From contig MU058257.1 of the NCBI GenBank assembly GCA_013265495.1, positions 813,418 through 877,417 of the forward strand: 64,000 nucleotides of DNA, in the 5' to 3' direction. The DNA is from Vicugna vicugna (taxonomy: Eukaryota). The position numbers and the translations under genes were made by a program. The notes beneath the pieces are model-generated. The model was not told the DNA's origin. It searched no databases and saw nothing but the letters and a program-made list of their open reading frames with translations. Positions 26,092 to 36,978 of this stretch are shown here, one piece after another (within the stretch, counting starts at the first letter, position 1; the number at the start of each line of letters is the position of its first letter).

Positions 26092-28339
26092 ATTTTGGGC
26101 TAGAGTCTAGAATGATAGGAACCAACGTCTCAGTGGGATTAGTTTTAAAACTTGTAATTGAGAATGTAAGTCCTATGCAGAGTTTTGAAGGAGAAAAACA
26201 CATTACTTTTCTTAGAAGAGGGCATATTCCAGTCATGGAGAAAAGAATTTACAAAGACTCATAATGTCAATCATTGTAGAGAATGTTTCCTGAGAAATAT
26301 TATCATTTATTCTATGCACGGCCCTATTCTATGGGCAGTAGAAGAATGAATAATTTCTCTTGTCCTTAGTGAACTTTGTCTGTAGAAAAGAAGCAAATAA
26401 CTAACTGAGCATCTATTCTCAAAAGCAGAGGGAAAGTAGAGGTAAGACAGGCACAACGTGCTGCAGACGCCGCTCCTCCACGTGTGCATGTGGGAGAGAT
26501 TAGTTCCAACAGAGTGGAGAGAGGGAGCGAAGGAAGTCTACTTGGAGGAGGAAATGCCAGTTGAATTGGCCTTGAGGAATAGGAAATAAAATAGTAGTAT
26601 TTTAACAGATGGAAGAGGTGAACAAAAGCATTCCTGGAGGAGAGGAGAGACTAAGAATAAAGGTTCAGATGTGAGGAAGTGTGCGGTGAATTCAGGGTAC
26701 ATTCAGCAAGTGTGTGCGGGACATTAAACAGGGTGCTTCTCAGAAAGAACTAAAATCAAAATTGAATATTCAAATGATTTTTTAATGAACTGGGTGAATT
26801 TTTATTTCAACATATGCTATCAAAGGGCAGGACCATCTGGCTACCAGAATGAAAACGCAGAATCTCAGTTTCTATCTTTTTAGTCTCAGCGTTAAGTCCG
26901 CCCAGAGAAAAGACATCTCCCTTCAGATAAGCTTGACTACCCCTTTCTACATGATCTCAAGAGGTCTACGAGGTCCCATGACTTGAGATAACATGAGGCT
27001 GAAACCATCTAAGCCGAAGATCATCAAACCCGTAATCACCTCCTGATAAGATTCCACATTGTCTCTTGGAAACTCCTTCTAATATTTGACAACGTCAACA
27101 GCCAGACTACTCTTATCAACTTTGTGTTCCCTGATGGTTAATTACCCACTTTTAAATTGTGAAGATTCTTAACTTCTCTCTGAAAAGTTCTGAGTTTCTT
27201 TGACCTTTCTTCATAGGTCCTTTTTCTCCATCATTAATAATTGTCATGTTCTCCTCTGGACCTTGTCCAAATTCTGTATGTCACTTTAGTAGTAAAGACC
27301 CCATCTTGGCAGAGCCCATTAGTAAAGGGCCTTCCATGTGACAGTTGGGGTTAAAGAATGACTCGCCTTTCACATTCCATACTCCACACACGTGACATCA
27401 CGTGATGTTTACGTCCTAATGTCACGGCCATGTCTCGGGCCCACGTTTGTTCTGCCCATCACGACTTCCAGAGCTGAGGGAAGTTTTGGCTCTATGAACA
27501 GGGTCGTAGGATTGAGGAATGGGCAGCATTGTAACAGATATCCAATGTGATTAGAATTTTAATGTTTGGAACAGCACAAATTTACCCAAGAACCCTCACA
27601 GGTATTACCTCTGAGGATCTTGCAAACACCCTGCTGTGGGTGGTCCCAGTCCTATCACCCTCTTGCTACTGTACAAATGAAGGTTTCGATACAGTGATTT
27701 ACATACCTATGCAAATCTTAAATGGTGAACTAAAAATCTAATCTGAATCAAAGCAGCCCTTATGGGACCTGCCTCTTCAAGCAAATTCTTTGCCTCTAGA
27801 TTTTTCTCTAACTTTTCAAAGCATATAAGCCCTAAATCACAAATAAGAAAATGCGAAGAAGTTGCAGTGTAGCAGCTAAAATGAAGCCCCGCTGTTGCGT
27901 TTGAATGATGAGGGCATGACCAGGAGGACTGGTGAGTTGTGTCTGTGCCCCTGCTGCCCAGCCTGTGCCCCCTGGCCGCTGTCAGTAGGGCTAGGGTGCT
28001 GCTCAGCCAGACCAGGAAAGAAGGTTCCTGGCAGAGCTGTTATCTCTCCCCTGACCAGACAAAGCCACTGCCTTCCTCTTAGGTGGTGGAGCCCTGCCGC
28101 CGGAGTACCTGATGGTGCACATCACACTTGGCATTGAGGGAACAGAGCTATAAGCCTACTCCCCCTAGCAGCAGGGGACCGTCCCTTCTCCCCATCTGGG
28201 CGAGTGTCCGGCAGCAAATGGCAGCACGTCTGTCTATCCTTCTTTCTGCCGACCTGCTCCTAGGTCTGCATTGGTGGTGGAAGGGTCCTACTTGGCCAGA
28301 AGAATCTGTTTTAATCTCCACCCTTAAAAATTAACAAAA

Positions 28340-29608
28340 AAATGTGAAATGATACAAATGAACTTGTTTACAAACCAGAAAGAGACTCACAGACATAGAA
28401 GACAGACTATGGTTACCAAAGGGGAAAGGGGTGGGGGGATGGATAAATTAGGAGTTTGGTATTTTTTTTTAAATTTTTTTTATTGAGTTACAGTCATTTT
28501 ACAATGTTGTGTCAAATTCCAGTGTAGAGCACAATTTTTCAGTTATACATGAACATACATACATTCATTGTCACATTTTTTTTTCTGTGAGCTACCACAA
28601 GATCTTGTATATATTTCCCTGTGCTATATAGTATAATCTTGTTTATCTATTCTGCATATGCCTGTCAGTATCTACAAATTTTGAAATCCCAGTCTGTGTC
28701 TTCCCACCCTCTGCCCCCTTGGCAACCACAAGTTTGTATTCTATGTCTATGAGTCTGTTTCTGTTTTGTACTTGTTTTTTTTTTTTTTTAAGATTCCACA
28801 TATAAGCAATCTCATATGGTATTTTTCTTTCTCTTTCTGGCTTACTTCACTTAGAATGACATTCTCCATGAACATCCATGTTGCTGCAGATGACGTTATG
28901 TTGTCATTTTTATGGCTGAATAGTATTCCACTGCATAAATATGCCACATCTTCTTTATTCAGTCATCTGTTGATGGACATTTAGGCTGTTTTCATGCCTT
29001 GGCTATTGTAAATAGTGCTGCTATGAACATTGGGGTGCAGGTGTCTTTTTGAAGTAGGGTTCCTTCTGGATATATGCCCAGGAGCAGGATTCCTGGGTCA
29101 TATGGTAAGACTATTCCTAGTCTTTTGAGGAATCTCCATACTGTTTTCCACAGTGGCTGCACCAAACTGCATTCCCACCAGCAGTGTAGGAGGGTTCCCT
29201 TTTCTCCACAGCCTCTCCAGCATTTGTCATTTGTGGACTTTTGAATGATGGCCATTCTGGCTGGTGTGTGGTCATAGCTCATCACAGTTTTGTTTTGCAT
29301 TTCTCTGACAATTAGTGATAGTGAGCATTTTTTCATGTGCCTATTGGCCATTTGTATTTCTTCCTTGGAGAATTGCTAGGAGTTTGGGATTAACAGATAC
29401 AAACTACTATATTTAAAGTAAACAGCAAAGTCCTTCCATAGAGCACAGGGAACTGCACTCAAATAGCTTGTAATAGCTTACAACGGAAAAGAATCTGAAA
29501 AAAGAATATATATATAATACGTGTGGTGTCACGGAATCACTTTGCTGTACACCTGAAACTAGCACAACACTGTAAAGCACATACACTTTAATAAAAATAA
29601 AAAAAAAT
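28340..29608 (+). mobile_element. Older L1 3' end (28340-28463 and 29377-29608) split by a younger antisense L1
   Basis: The two halves join into the same 3' UTR seen intact at 23080-23390. Confidence 0.85.
28464..29376 (-). mobile_element. Younger 5'-truncated L1 (ORF2 C-terminal cysteine-rich region, 3' UTR and polyA)
   Basis: ORF 28992..29351 '[33 protein letters not shown]'; TSD taggagtttgg(t/g)att at 28449-28463 and 29377-29391. Confidence 0.95.
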
Positions 29609-30569
29609 TGTTTTTAACCAAGCTGAGAAAAGAAGATATCACAGCTGGTTAAAGGCTTAGGAAGGCTTAGAGTATGTGTGTCTTAAGGCCAGTGTTCTAT
29701 TAAACCACACAACTGGTGTGACAATTAACCGGGAGCCTTCGTGCGTGGGAGTCACGTCGCTGTGTGATTATACTGCTTTGTCATCGTGAAGTTCTGGACA
29801 TCACTGAGGGGTAGGAATCAGGCACTGTGCAAAATCAGTCAGCAAGTTAGATGCTAAGTGTTCCCCTTGGAATCAATTAAAGAACATCTTTAACAAATTA
29901 GTCCTTTTGTTTCATCATTAGAAAGGAACACATAAACAGAATATTTAGGCAATGAAATATTTCTCATTCACATTAATTATAGCAAATTAGCTAGAGAATC
30001 TGTAATAAACTGCCAAGTTTTACACCTTATGAACTTATTAAAGTGAAAGCTTTCCTCATAGCCTTTAAATTATTCATTTTTCAGGGCTTAAAATCATAAT
30101 TTAATAGTTTTATTGGCATGTGGTAACTTTTAGATTGCAAGAATATAGTCATGTTACTAGTTCTTTATATATGTATATAACAGAAAATTACCTGCAGCCT
30201 TTTAGTAGCAATATAAAATAATGAACAACTGCTCAGATCTGATTGGTTACATAGCTTTTCAGCTCTTTCTCCAAACAAATAAAAACTCTTCAATAAATCA
30301 CTAATTTATACCTAAAATTTTTAATCAAAGAACCGACTACTTTATTAGTTCCCTTTGATTTTGTGACAATTTCACTTTCTTTCTTTCTTTTTTTTTTTTT
30401 TGGTCTTTCATCATTTTTTTTTTTCACTTGAACCAAACTCTTGATTTCCTCTTTGACAAAAGGAGAAGCAAAGAGGGCATTCCACATCTCCGTCTAAATC
30501 CTCCCCTGCCTTTCTCCCCTCGAGAGAATTTTCTGTGGTGGGGCCCCACTTCTCACCTCATTTCAGCAC

Positions 30570-31500
30570 TCAGCCCTCTCCAGTCAGGCTTCTATTCCCA
30601 CCAGCCTCCGAAATTGCTCTTTTAAAAGCCCCCAGTGGCCATGTCTTTTTCCCTTTCTTACTTGACTTCTTAGGACCCTTCAAAACAACTTGAACAATTC
30701 CTCCTCTGTGAAACACTGTCTGCTCCCGGCTCCCTTGACATCATGGCCTACCCCTCCTTTGGCCCAGCCGCTGCCCCGTAGGCTCCTCCACCAACTCCTC
30801 CTCCTTTGCTCAGCATCCAGGTCAGAGTCCCAGCCTCTTCCTCTTCTGCACCTGTGCTTCCTCCCCAGGTAATCACGTTGAGTCCCCTTGAGACAGCCGT
30901 CATCTATATGATAATGAATCCCCGATCTATTTCTTTTGTCCTGACCTCCTCTGGTTTTTTGACTTCTATATTTTAATGACTCACAGGCTCTCACCCTGGT
31001 GTTCAGAACAGAATCCTTAATTTCTTACCACAAACGTATTTCCAGTCTGCCCCTTGTCAGCAAAATATCCCAGCATCTACCAGATGCTCAAGCCCAGAAC
31101 CTAGGTGGCATCCTTGGCCTCTCGTTTCCCCTCCTCCCTGTTTTCAGTCCATCCCAAGATCTATTAACTCGGCTTCTGGAACACATACCAAACCCTTCCA
31201 TTTACCTCCCGCTGCCACTCTGTCTCTAAGCTGTCATCATCTCTCACCTGAGGAGCTGCTGTAGCCTCTTGAGTGGTGTCCCCGATTCTGATCTTGCCCC
31301 GCTTCAATCCATTCCCTGCACAGCAGTCAGAGTAACCTGGCAAATCATAGTATCTCTCTCACTTTAGAAAATTCTCCACTGGATTCCCTTCCTGGGGAAA
31401 TAACCCCCCAGATGCACGCCTTGCATTTCAAAGCCACCTCATTGGTCTATGCCTCCCTGTCTGAACCCATCTCATGCCCTCTCCTCAGCCCTCTGCAACC
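30570..31500 (+). mobile_element. LINE-2 fragment
   Basis: 'ctccagtcaggcttc' (QSGF RT motif) and the L2 3' region 'caagcccagaacctaggtggcatccttg...catcatctctcacctg...caatccattccctgcacagcagtcagag'. Confidence 0.8.
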
Positions 31501-31644
31501 ACACTTCATCAGCCCGAGTACAGGAGTGGAAAAGGAGTGGTGGGAAGCCCCCAGGGGCCTCCCTGATGACTGTGTTTTAAGCTACTAAGATCTGAGATTG
31601 TTTATTTCTATAGCACAACCGGGCCCGTTTCAGTGGATACAGGG

Positions 31645-31850
31645 AATCATTCGTACATTCATTCATAAAATACTTGTATCTTGGGTGTATAGTACATGTT
31701 GGACTTTATTTTTGGAACAATAAATACAGCTGGGGTAGACAAAGCCCCTCTGTCAAGGGGTTTACATTCTAATGAGGAGGCATAAAATAAAGAAGCAGAC
31801 AGATAAATGAGTAAGATAAACCCATGTTATCCTGGGAAGACGTCATAAAC
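31645..31850 (-). mobile_element. LINE-2 3' end fragment
   Basis: cattcattca tail and 'agacaaagcccctctgtcaaggggtttacattctaatgaggag'. Confidence 0.6.
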
Positions 31851-31879
31851 AGAGGCAGATGACAGCCCCAAGGTAAGGA

Positions 31880-32345
31880 AGACAGCTGCAAATGTATCCA
31901 AGACAGCTATGAAGTTCAAGTTCTTTGAAAGAAAGGTGATAAATGGAGTTAATGGACAAAGTTGAGCAATTCAAAGAAGACTACGGATGCTCAGATTTAA
32001 AGAGAAAGATCAGAACATATACTAACAGGCTGTGTAAGACAAATGACAGAAAAAGAATCATACACTTAAAATACGATGTGGAATACTTTGAGAACAGTCA
32101 AATCAGAGAGAGCATCTAAGTTTTTAAAATAAAAAGAGGATTACCTAGAGATGAGCAAGAATCAGCCTTTTCAATAGTCACGTTGGAAGAAAGAAGGTAA
32201 TGGATTAAGAGTTCTACAAGATAAAGGAAAACAATTTGAACCTAGAATTTTTTAAAAATCCAGCTAAGCTGTTATTTAAATGCAAGGGTAACATAAGGAC
32301 ATTTTTAGACGTTTTATAACTCTAAATGTTTATCATATTGTGGAA
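31880..32345 (+). mobile_element. Old L1 (or HAL1) ORF1 remnant
   Basis: 'gaaaacaatttgaacctagaatttt...ccagctaagctgttatttaaatgcaaggg...aggacattt' resembles the ORF1 C-terminal PRILYPAKLSFxxxG.xKxF motif. Confidence 0.6.
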
Positions 32346-32351
32346 GAATTT

Positions 32352-32404
32352 TGGAGGAATGAAACCAAAAAGTGGAGGAATGAAACCAAAAAGTAGAGGA
32401 ATGA
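32352..32404. repeat. 21-bp tandem duplication (tggaggaatgaaaccaaaaag x ~2.5)
   Basis: Directly visible. Confidence 0.85.
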
Positions 32405-32559
32405 GTCCAGGGGAAAGCAATGAAATGGGAGAGCATGAGCCAGAGTGCTGAATTTCTAAGCATCACAACGGTTGAAAATATGCATCTTTATTGTGATCTT
32501 TACAGGATCTAGCTAAGCCTTCAAAACGAATTATCCAGGTTTTGTTTCTTAGAACCCCT

Positions 32560-32880
32560 TTATAAGTCTACGTGGGTGGCCATAACCAAATGTCACAGAC
32601 TGGGTGACTTAAACAGCAGAAATGTATGCTCTCAGTTCTAGAGGCTGGACATCTGAGACCAGGGTCCCGGCAGGGCTGGATTCTGCTGTGTGTGCAAGAG
32701 AGAGGCAAAAGCTCTGGTTTCTCTTCCTCTTCTTAGAAGAAGAACAGTCCTGTCGGCCTGAGGGTCTACCCTTATGACCTCATTCAACCCTAATTAATTC
32801 TGTAAAGGCCCTCTACAGTCACATTAGGGGTTAGGGCCTCAACACATGAATTTTAGGGGGACACTATTCAGTTTATATCA
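32560..32880 (-). mobile_element. MaLR MLT1-type solo LTR
   Basis: 'ccataaccaaatgtcacagactgggtgacttaaacagcagaaatgtat...gttctagaggctgg...gtcacattagggg...ggggacactattcag'. Confidence 0.85.
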
Positions 32881-34184
32881 ATCCCCAACTTTTTTTTTTA
32901 AGTTTTGTTTGTTTCCAAAGTAACATTCTCAGATCCTAGCTTAATTATTTAAATATTCTATTTTCTGTTGAGAATAGGAGTAAGATTCTTGAATTGATAT
33001 TATTGACAAAAAATCCTAAAACGTTTCTTGTCCAGTTCTCCCCTCCCAGCCTGCACCATCCAGTAGAGACAGGTCCCTGTTTTAAAGCCATCTAGAGTGG
33101 TGACTGTGACCACACGCTTCCTGAGTGGCCAATGTCAGCATCTAACCCACTATCATATCCAACCAAACTTGTCTGCTTTGAATTATGGATGTACACAGTG
33201 AGATCATCAACTTATTCCTTTACTCTCTCACCATATTCCAAGCATGGGCATCATATGCGTGTTGGGTTTGATGATATCAACAGTCTTGAAAAATAGACAG
33301 AAAAGCTCTGGTTCCAACCGTATACAAGACTGAGCAATTAAGTTGCAAAAAACAAGCGAGGGACAGATCCAACAATAAAACCCATTTTTAAAAACAAGTA
33401 GTTAGCGTTTTTTCCTTTCTTACCTGTGTTTCCTGTGCAATGATTCAACAGTTAAATAACTGTTTAAAAATCATTCATTCTATAAGAAGGTACTGCAGAT
33501 GGTACTGTGAGAGAATGAAGAGATGGATAAGACAGGTTTTCTCTCCTCTAGGAACTCAGGTTAGTTTGCACCATATTTCCTGCAATCCAGACCAAACCTT
33601 TGCTGCATGAAGTCATGAAGCCACGTCCTTCCATTCCCCTTTAAATCCACTTTCTCCGTGAGCATCCCATAAATCTGAGTTATGGTTCAATGTTCATTTA
33701 TCATTAGGATTGTGATTAAAGGGCAACTAATCTCTGATAAAGTCATGTCTACACTGATTCACTAAATCAAAAATTTTGAGGGGACATTTTCCTTTTATTA
33801 CTTCTCTAATAACTAACTTCTGGTTAATCAAACAAGTAATGCAGTAAATCCACGTGAGTCACTGATGATAACACTGGATTGACTTTTTCTTTACAACATC
33901 TTGAGTCAAGGTAGAATTTGCATATTCATACCTCTACCAACTTTTTATTGTATACAATACCACCTTAATTAATAAAATATATTGAAAAATACTTAAGCTA
34001 TAACTCATAACAAATCAAAAACGAACCTTTCCATAGCTTAAATAATGCTTTATATTTCTGATTTCCAATAATTAAGCCTTTTCTTTCCTTTAAAAATTAT
34101 TTTCAAAACTCATAAAAATCCACTTACATCCACTGATACAAGTTTATTTTCAGTATAAGACCTTTTGGAGGGCAGACTGTTGAA

Positions 34185-35110
34185 TCATTGATACGACTCT
34201 TCATGAAATCTCCTAAATTGAAGATGATTTAGCTTCAGTATCTTTTTAATGATAGAAATCACATATAAATCGGGTTCAAAATTTCCAAGAATAGTTTTGA
34301 GGGCTGCAGGACATTTGGTCATTAGAGAGTCCGAAAATACCAAATTGACCAGGTGAGATTTGATGGGCTCAGGTCACCGTGTTTCATTACGGCTCACACG
34401 GAGAAACATATGCATCTCCAAACAGCCTTGCTCAAGTGTACGGGACTGCTTTACACCATTCAAAATCAATAAGGCAGCTGATTTTGCTTGGATGAAGTAA
34501 TCAGCAAGGGTTACAAGAAACCTTGTCCAAGTCCAGTTGGAAACCTTCAGTATAGAGCTCACAAAAGCAGACCGTAGCTTCTAATGCGTTACTTGCTCCA
34601 TGACGCCTGCTGCTTGAATCAATCCCACTGTGAATTCAGCAACATGTCTCTCCACTGCATTGATACATAGAAAGTTCCGAGTGGCTTGCCATGATTTTCC
34701 CAACTTGGGCAAAACCCATCTGGCCATGACCAGCCCATCCTACTGTCTACAAATGTTCAGTCGCCCACATACGGACCACACAACCCAGGCAAGGCAATCA
34801 AAATCTGTTAAGTCGTGGGATGATCCGTCTGGTATTTTCAGCCATCCTAATAATTAATTGGGTAGCATCTGAATCCATAATCCCACGATCCAATTTGGTC
34901 AGCAGCGTGGCCAGGCTTTCCTCATAATTGGACAAGTTGTTTGGATTTCTAGGAATTTGTCACAGAAATAGTGAAGTCTTGAGGAGGTTCTCAAAAACAT
35001 TCAAACAATGCAGCTTTAAGGAAATCATTCGTACAAGCATCACTGTGCCAGTGATAAGGGTGAAGAGCACTAATCCAACAATTGCATGATTTGTTATTCG
35101 TGCTACTACA
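34185..35110 (-). pseudogene. Candidate endogenous mononegavirus (bornavirus-like) nucleoprotein element, decayed
   Basis: Two joined minus-strand frames (shift near 34660-34680) give ~300 codons with internal stops at 34960, 34798, 34747, 34581 and 34374. The motifs LFTLITG, LLKT, LATLL, AGHGQMGFAQVGKIMAS, INAVERHVAEFTVGL, LKVSNW..LVTLADYF and AALKTILG are collinear with bornavirus N as I recall it. Confidence 0.6.
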
Positions 35111-36551
35111 TTACTAATGTGTCAACTGTGCTGTTCCCATTACAAGGTTGTTCTATTGATTGGTCTATCAGTCTATCTATCTATAGATCTAGAGTGGCAT
35201 ACAAAGATCTTGAACACAAGGACAAACATTTTGATAGAGTTTGGGAAAAATATTTATGTCCTTGTTTTATAAATAAGAAAAAGTTTTCGCGAGACAGAAG
35301 CTATGTTTATTTGGATATAAATATATATAAATAACATATTATTCAGATATAAATAAATCTTCCCCAGTGCCTTCTCCTCCTCCACACCATTGTTTGCAGC
35401 CTAAAAGACCAAGACCTACAGGAATTAAATATTAAAATTGATATTAACGAAGATATACACATATGTCATTAGATAATTAGATACAGTTATTTTGAAATGC
35501 CTCAACCATAATTAATTTAGGATGTAAAAAAACCTCTAAAATCTAAGGATCAGCAAGAAAATGGATTGTAAAATCATTATTAGTTAATTACAAAATACTA
35601 TGTGAAGGCTCCTTTTCTCCATGAGATTTTTCATGTGACAAAAGGCTTAGCCACCCCTTCAGCAGAGGATCTCTTCAGTACCTGAAGATAAATATCTACC
35701 AGTGGCCTTTAAACAACGCTTGTCATGTTTTCATTTATGAAGCAGACTCATACATAAATTAAGTTTTCCTAAACTGTAGCTACGAGGCAGAGCCCCATGA
35801 AATGTGCTATTGCCAATACCCGCTGGTGGAGTGTTGCTATCAGCTCAATTGTTTTAATGATAGATTTCCTTTAGAAAGTGGAAGGCTCTGTTGACAGACA
35901 AAACCAGGAACTAACAATGGGCTGTTTAGACTTGCAAACGATGGAACATTTAATTATTCCAAAATAGCATTCCCCAGTTAGGGGACGGTCCTTAAATCCA
36001 TCACCCTCTAGTTTATGCGCATGGAACATTTATCACCTCTTCCTCAAACAAGAGTCAGTCATCTAAATATAGATTTTTGGACTATTCATTTTAGCATGAC
36101 ATTTCATCGAAAGTCTGGAATTTCATTTATTTTCTGTAACAGAGATAAAGTGTTTGTAAACGATGCGGTAAGACCGTCAAGAGAAAGTAAAGTCCAGCTT
36201 CGTGCAGAGATAAATATAAACTCTGCTAAAGACATGACGCTCTAGAACATGAAACACGAGACACTGTGTGAACAACAAAATTCCAGGTAAGATATGTTTT
36301 TTTTTTTCAAAGGTATGGTCAGTTTCAGTACTCTGAATTGGTTTGCAAATGAATGTGCATTTAGACTCAAGACAGAGGCAGCAAGATGAAGACAAAATAA
36401 AATGAAATATACTTGAATTCTTTCTGTCAATGATCAAATACTAAAAAAATAGTCATCTTCCATTTGGAAGATAAAAGTCTTGGAAAATAAAGTTTTATGA
36501 GATTCAGAAAATTATAATTTTTTTTTTTCTGCAGGCTTTCGTTGTTCAGGA

Positions 36552-36978
36552 TGAGGTGGGAAGCCCCATAAAAAGAACGGCAGGACCCCCAGGCAGGGCC
36601 ACTGCTCTCTTGCCAGCACCATCCTGTTTCCTGGCCCAGAGGCTCTATCTCACTTTTTGCCTCTGAAACGGCTTACTTAGCCCTAAAATTCTATTGGTTC
36701 CCTGAGCTCACGCCTGATTGGTTATTTCCTTCACTCCTGATTGGTCCATTTCTACAAAGCTTGTTCCTAATTAGTCAACTTTTGTTATACCTTATTTGCG
36801 TATGATGTTGCAAAGTGTAAACTGGCAGCCTATAAAAGCCAGTGTAAATCTGCAGACGGGGTGCAGAACTTGGAGTGTTAACTTTTCTGGATCTGCTGGA
36901 GTAATAAACCTGCAACTCTCCGAGTGCTGTTTGGTTTCTCGCCCGGATCCAGGTTGCTGTCACAACTGAGCTGTAACA
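36552..36978 (+). mobile_element. Solo ERV LTR, family B, complete
   Basis: TG...CA ends; three ATTGG (reverse CCAAT) boxes at 36693, 36717 and 36740; TATAAAA at 36831; AATAAA at 36903; homologue at 13738. Confidence 0.85.

Noticed and set aside
33421..33505. Possible minus-strand exon (strong cag|gtaag donor) with a small hairpin
   Set aside because: Appears to derive from an L2 tail (aatgaatga) and has several competing acceptors; no support for real splicing
33862..33900. TGATGA box-C-like motif suggesting a snoRNA
   Set aside because: No suitably placed box D (CTGA) or terminal stem
34600..35086. Alternative Cys/Trp-rich minus frame (CWISALHPYHWH...WDYGFRCYP...GWSWPDGFCPSW) suggesting a viral glycoprotein
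   Set aside because: More stop codons and no match to glycoproteins I recall; the other frames give collinear nucleoprotein motifs
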